From an uncultured bacterium (GTDB lineage Bacteria > Zixibacteria > MSB-5A5 > UBA10806), in the NCBI GenBank assembly GCA_965541585.1, contig CBEUCH010000004.1, forward strand, positions 128,001-192,000: a DNA stretch of 64,000 nt. Reading direction: 5' to 3'. The position numbers and the translations under genes are program-made. Positions within the stretch are counted from its first letter, which is position 1. Every line of letters starts with the position of its first letter. The notes under the pieces are model-generated. The model had not been told where the DNA came from. It did not search any database and was given only the letters and a program-made list of their open reading frames with translations. Below are positions 40,614 through 49,750 of the stretch, piece after piece.

Positions 40614-42944
40614 ATGCTCTCCGATAGAATCCAGAAAATAGGTTTTTCGCCCACGCTTAAAATATCGGCCAAAGCCGACGCCATGAGGGCCGAGGGTATC
40701 GATGTTATCAATCTTTCCGTGGGAGAGCCTGATTTTCCGACGCCCGATAACATAAAATCGGCGGGCAAACAGGCTATCGACGACAACTTCACCAAATATA
40801 CCGCCAACGACGGCATATTGCTTCTACGGGAAGCTATCGCGAAAAAACTGAAAGAGGAAAACGGGCTCGAATATGGGACCGATGAGATCATTGTATCGCC
40901 CGGTGCGAAAAACTGTATGTACAATCTCTGCATGGCGGTTCTGGATAGCGGCGATGAAGCCATCATCCCGGCGCCCTACTGGGTCAGCTACCCGCAAATG
41001 GTGAATCTCGCCGGTGGCACACCCGTTGTGATCCAGACCAGGGAGGAATACGGCTTCCGAATTACACCTGATGAACTTTCAGCGGCCATCTCGCCATCCA
41101 CCAAACTGCTGATACTGAATAATCCCTGCAATCCCACCGGAGCAGGCTACAGCAGGGAGGAGCTTTCGAAGCTGGCGGAGATTATTGCGGATGAAGGAAT
41201 ATTAGTCGTGTCGGATGAAATCTATGAGAAGCTCGTTTTTGATGGTTTTGAATTTGTATCGTTTGCATCGCTGGGCAAAAAGATCAAGGAACAATCGGTG
41301 ATTGTCAACGGCGTATCCAAGGCTTATTCCATGACCGGATGGCGTATCGGGTATGCCGCCGGTCCCAGGGAGTATATCTCGGCCATGTCGAAGGTGCAGT
41401 CGCATAACACCTCCAATGCTTCATCGGTTTCCCAGATGGCCGCCCTGGAGGCCCTCACCGGTCCGCAGCATGAGATCAGCCGCATGCGAAGCGAATTTCA
41501 GATTAGACGCAACTATATGGTCGACAGGCTCCGCGGAATCCCGGGCATATCATGTTGCGAGCCGCGTGGCGCCTTTTATCTATTCCCCAACATATCATCG
41601 TATTTTAATAAGGAATACGAGGGGATGCAGATCCGCAACTCCTATGGAATGTCATATTATCTTTTAAAACATGCGCACGTGGCTGTCGTTCCGGGTGAGG
41701 CATTCGGTAGCGAGGGATACATCCGGCTTTCGTATGCAACTTCCATGAAGAAGATAGAGGAGGCCATGGATCGTATCGCATCCGCTCTGGCGAAACTGGA
41801 ACCGACCAGGGACGCAAAAGCGATATCACTAAATAATACCATCACGGTCAGAAAGGCGGCCGTCGAGACCGAGACGCATGTCGGCCCGGAGATGCGCGAC
41901 GCTCTCGTGGCAGAGGCGGAGTCGCATTTAACTCACCGGGGATACTACGAGTGGAATGCCAACATTCAGGGCGTGATTATTCAACTCCGGACAAACCTCT
42001 CGCATCTCTATGATTTCTGGGTTGAAAACTGGTACCCGGCTCAGCTGGAGACCGATCTGGAACCGCACGGAATAATCTACGCCGTGGGCTGGATTCCCGG
42101 GCGAGAGCCCCGGGCTTATTATAATAGCGAATCACGGACCGCAATATTCTTCAAATCGGCATACTACGGCCAGTTGAGGTCCCTGGCCCTCGGCATGGCG
42201 GATGATATCGCCTCGAGGCTCTCTAATACATATTCGGTGCGAGGCTTAGCTCTCGATTTCGACGGAAGAGGTCTGGTTATGATCGCTCCCAGGGGTACCG
42301 GCAAGGCCACCTTCTTCGCAAATCTATTGCCCTATCCGAAAAGTAAGATCGTTTCGGATGACGTTGTATTTGTGAGAATTAACAATACTGCTGTCGCGGA
42401 CGTCCCCGAGCGAAAATTCTACATGCAGACCAATCTCGTGGAAAAATATCCTGATTTCGCGCCCCTGTTCGATAAATCCAAGTGCGAAAACGTTATCACC
42501 AATCGCGATGAATGCCTGAACGGCCCCTGCCAGAAACTCGATAACTGCCGGCTCGATCGCGGGTCGCCTTTCTGTTACGAAGCCTCCCCCATCTCAAGGG
42601 CGATGCTCGATCCTTACTGGATCGGAGGGGCTGAAAAACATACCAAGCGAACCAACCTGGAATGGATCCTGCTTTTCAAAAACGATCCCATCAGCCCGGT
42701 GCTAAAAGAGCCATCCGTTGACGAGGCAGTGCGACATTGCGAGGAGGGGCTTACGGAGTCGGGCGCCCTGAGATCCGAACCGTTCTTCAATCCTCATATT
42801 TTTGCCGGCGGCTCTGACCGGATCGATGCCCGACGGCGTTTCTACGAACAGCTTTTCAACATTGCCAGGCCATATTTTATAAACGTAAACGTGGCCTCAA
42901 AAGATGAAATTCAGAAAAGAATCAATGAAGTTATCGGGATTTGA
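40614..42944 (+). CDS. Aspartate aminotransferase (class I) fused to a C-terminal PEPCK/HPr-kinase-like P-loop domain
   Basis: N-terminal ~395 aa: VGEPDF, NNPCNPTG, SDEIYE, NGVSKAYSMTGWRIGY, IRLSYA; C-terminal ~380 aa: APRGTGKAT, VSDD, ERKFY, KCENV. Confidence 0.85.
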   Translation: MLSDRIQKIGFSPTLKISAKADAMRAEGIDVINLSVGEPDFPTPDNIKSAGKQAIDDNFTKYTANDGILLLREAIAKKLKEENGLEYGTDEIIVSPGAKNCMYNLCMAVLDSGDEAIIPAPYWVSYPQMVNLAGGTPVVIQTREEYGFRITPDELSAAISPSTKLLILNNPCNPTGAGYSREELSKLAEIIADEGILVVSDEIYEKLVFDGFEFVSFASLGKKIKEQSVIVNGVSKAYSMTGWRIGYAAGPREYISAMSKVQSHNTSNASSVSQMAALEALTGPQHEISRMRSEFQIRRNYMVDRLRGIPGISCCEPRGAFYLFPNISSYFNKEYEGMQIRNSYGMSYYLLKHAHVAVVPGEAFGSEGYIRLSYATSMKKIEEAMDRIASALAKLEPTRDAKAISLNNTITVRKAAVETETHVGPEMRDALVAEAESHLTHRGYYEWNANIQGVIIQLRTNLSHLYDFWVENWYPAQLETDLEPHGIIYAVGWIPGREPRAYYNSESRTAIFFKSAYYGQLRSLALGMADDIASRLSNTYSVRGLALDFDGRGLVMIAPRGTGKATFFANLLPYPKSKIVSDDVVFVRINNTAVADVPERKFYMQTNLVEKYPDFAPLFDKSKCENVITNRDECLNGPCQKLDNCRLDRGSPFCYEASPISRAMLDPYWIGGAEKHTKRTNLEWILLFKNDPISPVLKEPSVDEAVRHCEEGLTESGALRSEPFFNPHIFAGGSDRIDARRRFYEQLFNIARPYFINVNVASKDEIQKRINEVIGI

Positions 42945-43023
42945 TACAATATGGAGTATTCTAAAGGCGGATGATCATAGATCAGAGCATGTCAATTTTC
43001 CTTAAATTGCGTCGGGGGACTTC

Positions 43024-44232
43024 TTGTCATCAATATTGATATTCATACTGGGAGTTGTTTTCGGAGCGGCCGTGGTTCTTGTCATCAGCCTGCTCCTTAA
43101 AAGAAAGGCTGGAACCGATGCTCTGCATTTCAAGGAAGAAATGGAGAAGGTTTTCAAGGCGGCCTCATACGATCTATCCAAGCAATCCATTGAAGAGATA
43201 TTAAAAGTCTCAAAGGAGATTCTGGAATCCAAAACTTCCGAGGGCACCGCGGACTTGGAATCGAAGAAAAAATTGATAGACCAGTCTCTCGGCAACCTCG
43301 CTAAGGATATGCAGGAGAGGATGGAGAAGGTTCAACGGCTGATGACGGAAATTAATCAGGCCGTCCCCGAAAAGTACGGCAAGGTATCTTCGGCCATAGA
43401 GCAGATGGCCAAACAGAGCGACGATCTTCGAAAAACGACCGAGTCATTGAATAGGGCGCTTTCATCCACGCAGGTCAGGGGTCAATGGGGAGAGCGGATG
43501 GCAGAGGACATCCTGCGCACAGTCGGCCTGCAGGAAAATATTAATTATGTAAAGCAGAAACCTGTCGAGGGCGGCAAATCGAGACCCGATTTCACTTTTC
43601 TTTTGCCCAATGATCTCAAGGTCAACATGGATGTCAAATTTCCCTATGAAAAATATCGAGATTTTCTCGATGCCGACGGAGATGCCGATAAAGAGCAGGC
43701 CAAAAAGCAGTTTCTGGGCTCCGTGAAGGACAGGATCAAAGAGGTAACAAGCCGTGATTATATCAATCCCGAGGAAAATACGGTCGATTATGTTCTGGTC
43801 TTTATCCCCAATGAGCGGATCTATACATTTATACAGGAATCAGATTCATCTATACTCGATGAGGCATTGAGCCAAAAAGTTATCTTATGTTCCCCGCTCA
43901 CGCTTTACGCCATGCTGGCCTTGATAAGACAAGCTATCGATAATTTTAATCTCAGGCAATCCTCAAGAGAGATACAGGGATTACTGGGCGGCTTCTCAAA
44001 ACAGTGGGAAAGATTTATAGATTCGATGACAACGGTGGGCAGTAGAATAGACAGCGCCAGGTCGGCCTTCGATGAGATGATCGGCACGCGCAAGAGGATG
44101 CTCGACCGCCAGGTTCGTAAAATCGATGAACTGAATAAATCCGAGGGTATCGAGCCGAGAGTGTTACCCGATGATGAAATCGGCGAGATCGAGGATAAAA
44201 GGGATTCCGATAAGGATAATCTGCTGCTTTAG
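43024..44232 (+). CDS. rmuC: DNA recombination protein RmuC
   Basis: N-terminal TM, coiled coil, RGQWGE, RPDF...LP....MDVKFP, DYVLVFIPNE, SPLTL. Confidence 0.92.
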   Translation: MSSILIFILGVVFGAAVVLVISLLLKRKAGTDALHFKEEMEKVFKAASYDLSKQSIEEILKVSKEILESKTSEGTADLESKKKLIDQSLGNLAKDMQERMEKVQRLMTEINQAVPEKYGKVSSAIEQMAKQSDDLRKTTESLNRALSSTQVRGQWGERMAEDILRTVGLQENINYVKQKPVEGGKSRPDFTFLLPNDLKVNMDVKFPYEKYRDFLDADGDADKEQAKKQFLGSVKDRIKEVTSRDYINPEENTVDYVLVFIPNERIYTFIQESDSSILDEALSQKVILCSPLTLYAMLALIRQAIDNFNLRQSSREIQGLLGGFSKQWERFIDSMTTVGSRIDSARSAFDEMIGTRKRMLDRQVRKIDELNKSEGIEPRVLPDDEIGEIEDKRDSDKDNLLL

Positions 44233-44373
44233 GATTTGATACAAATTGGCCGGCTCTCTAAAATCGGGGAACATTATTGCCTTACAATTGTATATTGTAG
44301 TATATTGCTACCGCACCGTTGAATCTGCATCTAACGACAAAACGAAATAAACCGGTATCCCCGGAGGATAATT

Positions 44374-45126
44374 ATGTTGAAAAGGTCGTTTAATTCCGGC
44401 TGCATCAGAGTACTTATTGCAGTTTTCTGTTTCGCAACTATGGTTGTGCCGATTGCTACAGCCCAGGAAGGAGAATCCGACGCGCCCGCCCCAAAACATT
44501 CTCTCAAAGATGGCGCCTGGGCGCTGCAGTTTCAACTGGGCAGCGCCTTTTCACGCCGCGGATATGATGGAATAGTCATCTCAGCCAAATATCATCTAAC
44601 AAGAGGATCTGCAATTCGCCTGGGTATCGATATCAATGGCGATATTCATTTCGGAGGCCACACAAGTCATCGCGGGACACCCCCGGATGATACCCTTTAT
44701 AGTTCTTCAAGGGATAATATCAATCGTGAGGGAATCAAACTGATATCTGAATATATTAAATACACCCAGATAGATCCGAAACTACATTTCCTCCTCGGAA
44801 TCGGCCCAACTTTCGGGTTTTCGCACTTTAAATCGAAAAGCGAGAGCCGATATACCTACCTTCAGGAGCCCGAAAGCCGTACTTACATTTCCAAGACATA
44901 TAACTGGTCGTTAGGTATTTCCGGTGTACTGGGGGCCGAATGGTTTCCGACAAAAAGAATCAGCGTTATAGCAGAATACGGAGTATCATTCGATTATAGG
45001 TATCAGATAAGAAGATCGGAAGTTATCGGTGATGCACCGACTAAATCCAGTCGCAACAGAAATCATATGAATTATTTCGCCCTAGATCTTCTGGCCGCTA
45101 AAATCGGCATCGCTGTATATTTCTAA
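44374..45126 (+). CDS. Outer-membrane beta-barrel protein
   Basis: Signal peptide; WALQF, GAEWF....ISVIAEYG; C-terminal IGIAVYF. Confidence 0.7.
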   Translation: MLKRSFNSGCIRVLIAVFCFATMVVPIATAQEGESDAPAPKHSLKDGAWALQFQLGSAFSRRGYDGIVISAKYHLTRGSAIRLGIDINGDIHFGGHTSHRGTPPDDTLYSSSRDNINREGIKLISEYIKYTQIDPKLHFLLGIGPTFGFSHFKSKSESRYTYLQEPESRTYISKTYNWSLGISGVLGAEWFPTKRISVIAEYGVSFDYRYQIRRSEVIGDAPTKSSRNRNHMNYFALDLLAAKIGIAVYF

Positions 45127-45200
45127 ATTATTTAGTCCGCCTGTAATCCTCTCATGATCGTTTTACGGATATGAAAAGGCTGTTGTATGGCCGGAATGTA

Positions 45201-46223
45201 TCATTTCTTCTTTTCTATCTTTTCTATCTTTTCGTTTAACTCCTCAAATCCCTTCGCATCCCATTCAGGCATCCCTGCTTCCATCAGTTTATTTTTCGCC
45301 TTTTTGAGATGGTCCAGCGCGCTCTTGGGATTCCCTTGCGCCAGCGCAATATCGCCCAATTCGCGATATGAAAATCCTACCCATTCGGCGTTTTCAGGCT
45401 TCGAATCCTGCTCGTATCGTTTCACAGCCCAATCATGAACCTCATTCATCCAGGTGGAAGCGGAATCCAATTGGCCGGTCATCCTGAATGCATGCCCCAC
45501 CGACCAATCGGCGATGAGTTTTGCCAGATCGTTTCCTTTTTTGTAATGATACTCGCGGGCTTTCTTTAATGCCTCCAGCGATTCCTCGTAACGCCCCAAG
45601 TCATCGTAGTTCCAGCCAAGGTTGTTCCATAAGGGCGCCAGCCAACTCTCCAGGTTTCCCTTCTCAGCGGCTTCGATCCCCCTGGCCCCCCACTCGATCC
45701 GCTCCTCCATTCCACCGGTTATGGTCATCATGTTGGCGGCATCCACTGCCCGGTTGAAGAGATCGTTGGCCATGCAGAATTGATACATTTCCTTAAAAGT
45801 ACCGGCGGCAACCGGCGCCTCCGGCGAAACGGCCTTAGCTTCGGCGGCCGCATCCTGCCATTCAAATCGTCCACGCACACCGAGATAGCGTGACCAGCCT
45901 CTGGGTTCTCTGTCCGTGGCGACCTCGGCGGCCCTGGTTAGCCATTCGCGTCCCTCTTCCTTTCGTTTTGTGGAAAGGTAACATCGGGCAACCTGAGCAT
46001 AGGCCTCGACAAGAATGCTGTTGTCTTTCTCATTCCGGGAAGCGTCGATGGCTTCCAGGTAGACCTCCAGCGCCTCTTCCGGCTTTCGGTTACTGAAAAG
46101 ATCATCGCCCTTTTGCAATAATTCTGCGCCCTTTGACATTTTAACGTCTTTTGAGTTGGGGCCGCAGCTTGCTATCAAACATATCACCAAAAGAAGTAAG
46201 GACATAACACGTAACATAATCAT
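45201..46223 (-). CDS. TPR-repeat lipoprotein
   Basis: IASC lipobox; TPR helices such as LWNNLGWNYDDLGRYEESLEALKKA. Confidence 0.8.
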   Translation of the reverse strand: MIMLRVMSLLLLVICLIASCGPNSKDVKMSKGAELLQKGDDLFSNRKPEEALEVYLEAIDASRNEKDNSILVEAYAQVARCYLSTKRKEEGREWLTRAAEVATDREPRGWSRYLGVRGRFEWQDAAAEAKAVSPEAPVAAGTFKEMYQFCMANDLFNRAVDAANMMTITGGMEERIEWGARGIEAAEKGNLESWLAPLWNNLGWNYDDLGRYEESLEALKKAREYHYKKGNDLAKLIADWSVGHAFRMTGQLDSASTWMNEVHDWAVKRYEQDSKPENAEWVGFSYRELGDIALAQGNPKSALDHLKKAKNKLMEAGMPEWDAKGFEELNEKIEKIEKKK

Positions 46224-46281
46224 CTGATTAATCCTCTCAGTTTAAGGTTGCAATAGTTCATAAGTATAGCCGGGATTATCA

Positions 46282-47796
46282 CTATGGCTGGGTACCGCTG
46301 TGGCATTCGTAGCAGCCGATTTCCCGCCAGGCCTCGTCTATATCCACGGGATGCTTGAATTCGAGGCCCTCCTGGGAGACCGAAACCTCGAATGTCTCGC
46401 CGGCGCCCTGGGACATGATACTGTGGCAGGCTCTGCAATCGTGGGTGATCGTTATTCCGTCCTCGGTCTTGTGATCGCCAAGATGACATCGCATACAGCC
46501 CTTATCGTAAAAGTGCCCGATATTATCCAGATAGTGGGTCCAGTTCGCTTTCATTTCCGGGAAGATATTCGTGGAGAAAGCTCCCTGGGCCGATACTATG
46601 GCTGCATCTATCGTCACCCGATTTTCATGGTAGAATTCAGCGTGATTGATCCGGTAATAATCGGTGATATAATTAGCTATGCCTGCAATGGCTTCTTCGT
46701 TACTCGAATATTCCCGGGACAGCGCCTCCACAGCGATCCTTTTGATTTCGGGAATAGTCGGATTGACCTGGCCGGTCAGGATTATCCTATCAATGGCATA
46801 ATCCGGGGAGTAGAAAATATGGCTTGGCCGGTTGTGGCAGTCCATGCAATCCATCACCCTCGGGGTCGCCACGGCAATTTCCTCCGGTGTTAATGGATCC
46901 GTTTCGTCCTGGTATACCGTGATCCGGCCGGTCTCCTGGTCGATGATCCGGACCCAGGGAATATCCTGCCGCTCATCGTCGCGAGCGATATATTCCACCT
47001 TGACTCCGATGTTCATATGCCAGTGAATCCCGGAGGTCTGTCCGGTTTTGGGATCACCACCGCCGGTTTTGATAAGCAAATTTATAGGCCAATGGGAATT
47101 CTCCACATCATAAATATAATGGTTAAGCTGTTTCTGCTGGGCGCCGAAAAACTGCTCGGGCCAGTGACATTTCTCGCAGGTCTCCTGAGCGGGGCGCAGG
47201 TCTTCGATGGGCGTCGGAAGCGGCCTTGGATAAGTGTTGGCTGTTACCGCGTAAACCTGATAAGCTCCCGATAGCTTCGATTTGGTATACCACCCCGCTC
47301 CGGTCCCAACATGGCACGCCGTGCAAGCCACCCTGGCGTGGGGAGAGCCTTGATAGGCAATATACTCCGGGGCCATGACCGAATGGCACAGCTTCCCGCA
47401 AAATTCCACCGACTCCGTGTAGTGATAAGCCTGGTAGGTAACCACGGCAGCGATCAAGGCAACCAATATCGAAGCATGAATGAAAATAAATGTTGCGGTT
47501 CGGTGAGCTCGCTTGTTAAGGTCAATATAGGGCCATCTCCTGTACGGTATCTCCCCGGTTTTCTGCCACCGTCGCCAGTGCCGGTACATGCCGATGGGGA
47601 TCAAAATTAGCCCGATAGCCAGTATTGGCGGCAGTATAACATAAACATATATGCCGATATACGGGTTTTCGATGCGGGAAAAGAAATTAAAGACCAGGTT
47701 AAAGACTATTAGAAGAGCCGTCAGCGAGGCTATGAAGACTCCGACCGAACTTGTCCAGTTATTGAATACCTTTGATATTGTTGATTTATCCTTCAT
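46282..47796 (-). CDS. NapC/NirT-family 7-heme inner-membrane cytochrome c (ImcH-like)
   Basis: Three N-terminal TM helices; heme motifs CGKLCH, CTACH, CEKCH, CMDCH, CMRCH, CRACH, CYECH; about 504 aa from ATG 47796. Confidence 0.85.
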   Translation of the reverse strand: MKDKSTISKVFNNWTSSVGVFIASLTALLIVFNLVFNFFSRIENPYIGIYVYVILPPILAIGLILIPIGMYRHWRRWQKTGEIPYRRWPYIDLNKRAHRTATFIFIHASILVALIAAVVTYQAYHYTESVEFCGKLCHSVMAPEYIAYQGSPHARVACTACHVGTGAGWYTKSKLSGAYQVYAVTANTYPRPLPTPIEDLRPAQETCEKCHWPEQFFGAQQKQLNHYIYDVENSHWPINLLIKTGGGDPKTGQTSGIHWHMNIGVKVEYIARDDERQDIPWVRIIDQETGRITVYQDETDPLTPEEIAVATPRVMDCMDCHNRPSHIFYSPDYAIDRIILTGQVNPTIPEIKRIAVEALSREYSSNEEAIAGIANYITDYYRINHAEFYHENRVTIDAAIVSAQGAFSTNIFPEMKANWTHYLDNIGHFYDKGCMRCHLGDHKTEDGITITHDCRACHSIMSQGAGETFEVSVSQEGLEFKHPVDIDEAWREIGCYECHSGTQP

Positions 47797-48153
47797 TATT
47801 CTTATCCCATTTCTCGTTAAGGCCAGGCATCGGTTTGACGCACAGGATTTCAAAAGCCTTTAGCTTATTTAGTTAACAAAGAAGGGCTTTTCAGGCAAGC
47901 ATTTTTATTATTATTTTGTAATATATCAGGCCGAAAGGCGGCGCGATGCCCGCGTCATGACTTCCGACCGGCGGATGGACAGAGTGGCTTCAGAATTATC
48001 GGAATAACAAGAGCAGGAACCAATACTATAATCTTCGAATACTACATTCAAGAAATAAATACTGAATCGCCGACCCATGTTTATTTATAGAGGGAAAATT
48101 ATAATAAAATACCAAAAGCCTGTCCATTCATTGTAACGATCCTTAAAAACTTA

Positions 48154-48182
48154 TTGACTTTCGAAGACAGTTCGGGTAAAAT
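48154..48182 (+). promoter_or_regulatory. sigma70-type promoter of the cytochrome-FeS-NrfD operon
   Basis: TTGACT-17 nt-TAAAAT. Confidence 0.55.
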
Positions 48183-48230
48183 AGCAAAGGGTTTTTTTAC
48201 TATTATCAGAGTACCCTCGGAGATGAATTC

Positions 48231-48974
48231 TTGAACAGACCCAGGATCCCCCAGCAAATAATTAGCCTGGCTATACTTTTTGCAATAGCAATTGCCGCCC
48301 TTGTTTGGGCCCGTATATTGCTTGTCCCCGAATCATTCGGAAAATACGGTCATTACAGGGCCGATGCGGTCGGCGAGATAGCTTCTCAGGAAATAAAATA
48401 CGCCGGTAGTAGCGCGTGCGTGGATTGCCATGATGATATCTCTGAACTCAAAGAAAAATCTCATCATAGAGATGTATCGTGCGAAGTTTGTCATGGTCCC
48501 GCAGCGAGGCATACCGATTCCCCTGACGAATTCATACCTGACGCACCGAGAGGGCGTGGATATTGCCCGCTTTGCCACGGTTACAATCCGTCCCGCCCCA
48601 CCGGGTTTCCGCAGATTATCACCATGCTTCATAATCCCGGCGAAGCTTGTATGAAATGTCATGATCCGCATAATCCTCTTCTGCCGCACACGCCGGAGGA
48701 ATGCAGTGCTTGCCACCGTGAAATTGCAAACAAGAAGAGAGTATCCCATCATGTTTCGTTACCCTGCACAAGATGTCACATCGTTCCAGAGGAACATTCA
48801 GTCAATCCGCGGTTTGCGCTTGCTCAGAAGCCTGCGAAAAGAGAACTTTGCGGGGAATGTCATGCTGTGGGAGCGAGGAGTCCCAGGGAAATTCCCCGGA
48901 TAGACCTTGATGACCACTGGAAACGTTACTTATGCTGGGATTGTCACTACCCGCATTATCCGGAGGCCAGGTGA
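48231..48974 (+). CDS. Membrane-anchored octaheme cytochrome c
   Basis: One N-terminal TM, P.SFG.YGHYRADAV motif; 8 CxxCH (CVDCH, CEVCH, CPLCH, CMKCH, CSACH, CTRCH, CGECH, CWDCH). Confidence 0.9.
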   Translation: MNRPRIPQQIISLAILFAIAIAALVWARILLVPESFGKYGHYRADAVGEIASQEIKYAGSSACVDCHDDISELKEKSHHRDVSCEVCHGPAARHTDSPDEFIPDAPRGRGYCPLCHGYNPSRPTGFPQIITMLHNPGEACMKCHDPHNPLLPHTPEECSACHREIANKKRVSHHVSLPCTRCHIVPEEHSVNPRFALAQKPAKRELCGECHAVGARSPREIPRIDLDDHWKRYLCWDCHYPHYPEAR

Positions 48975-49747
48975 ACAGGAAAGAGTCCGCTCGATCAAGC
49001 CGACGAGAATTCTTGATAAGCTGTTCAAAAGCACTTCCGGTAACGGGATTCTTTTTCTTCCCTTTCAGCGCCGGTCAATTACTTTTCGGCCAGGAGCTCG
49101 ATAAGTATGACCCTACGCAGCATAATTATGCGATGGGGATAGACATCCATAAATGTATAGGTTGCGGCAGGTGCGTGGCTGCCTGTAAAAAGGAGAACGA
49201 CGTTCCCGAAGAACCTCATTACTTTCGCACCTGGGTAGAAAGATATATCATTTCTACGGATGGAGAAGCCCATGTGGATAGCCCAAACGGCGGTATAGAC
49301 GGTTTCCCGGAATTCAAAGGTGATATTGATATCCTGCGGTCATTCTTCGTCCCCAAACTGTGTAATCACTGCGTAAATCCGCCATGTGTTCAGGTATGCC
49401 CGGTCGGCGCCACCTTTGTGAGCCGCGATGGTGTTGTTTTAATCGACGAGCAATATTGTGTCGGTTGCCGGTACTGTATTCAAGCCTGCCCTTACGGAGC
49501 TCGCTTCCTTCACCCCGAGAAGAGAGTGGCGGACAAATGCACCTTTTGCTATCACCGCATCGTGAAGGGATTGCTCCCCGCCTGTGTGGAGGCCTGTCCG
49601 ACCCAGGCACGTGTTTTCGGGGAGGCCGGATTACAGAGCAGTCCGTTAAGACGATTTCTCCGCTTTAATGATATCGTTGTTCTCAAAGCCTCGCTGAATA
49701 CTCAGCCCAAAGTCTATTACGCCGGAGCGGACGGGGAGGTGAGATAA
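48971..49747 (+). CDS. Tat-exported 4Fe-4S ferredoxin subunit (NrfC/DsrO/CbcT-like)
   Basis: GTG at 48971 overlaps the upstream TGA; SRREFL twin-arginine signal; CIGCGRCVAAC, CNHC..PPCVQVCP, CVGCRYCIQACP, KCTFC...ACVEACP. Confidence 0.92.
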   Translation: MNRKESARSSRREFLISCSKALPVTGFFFFPFSAGQLLFGQELDKYDPTQHNYAMGIDIHKCIGCGRCVAACKKENDVPEEPHYFRTWVERYIISTDGEAHVDSPNGGIDGFPEFKGDIDILRSFFVPKLCNHCVNPPCVQVCPVGATFVSRDGVVLIDEQYCVGCRYCIQACPYGARFLHPEKRVADKCTFCYHRIVKGLLPACVEACPTQARVFGEAGLQSSPLRRFLRFNDIVVLKASLNTQPKVYYAGADGEVR

Positions 49748-49750
49748 CCG

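Noticed and set aside
44374..46223. Beta-barrel plus TPR lipoprotein as a porin-cytochrome conduit for the adjacent cytochromes
   Set aside because: The barrel is small (250 aa) and convergently transcribed, and neither protein has CxxCH motifs.
47859..47880. Rex-like operator upstream of the ImcH-like gene
   Set aside because: Only one half-site (TTGTTAA) resembles TTGTGAA-N4-TTCACAA.
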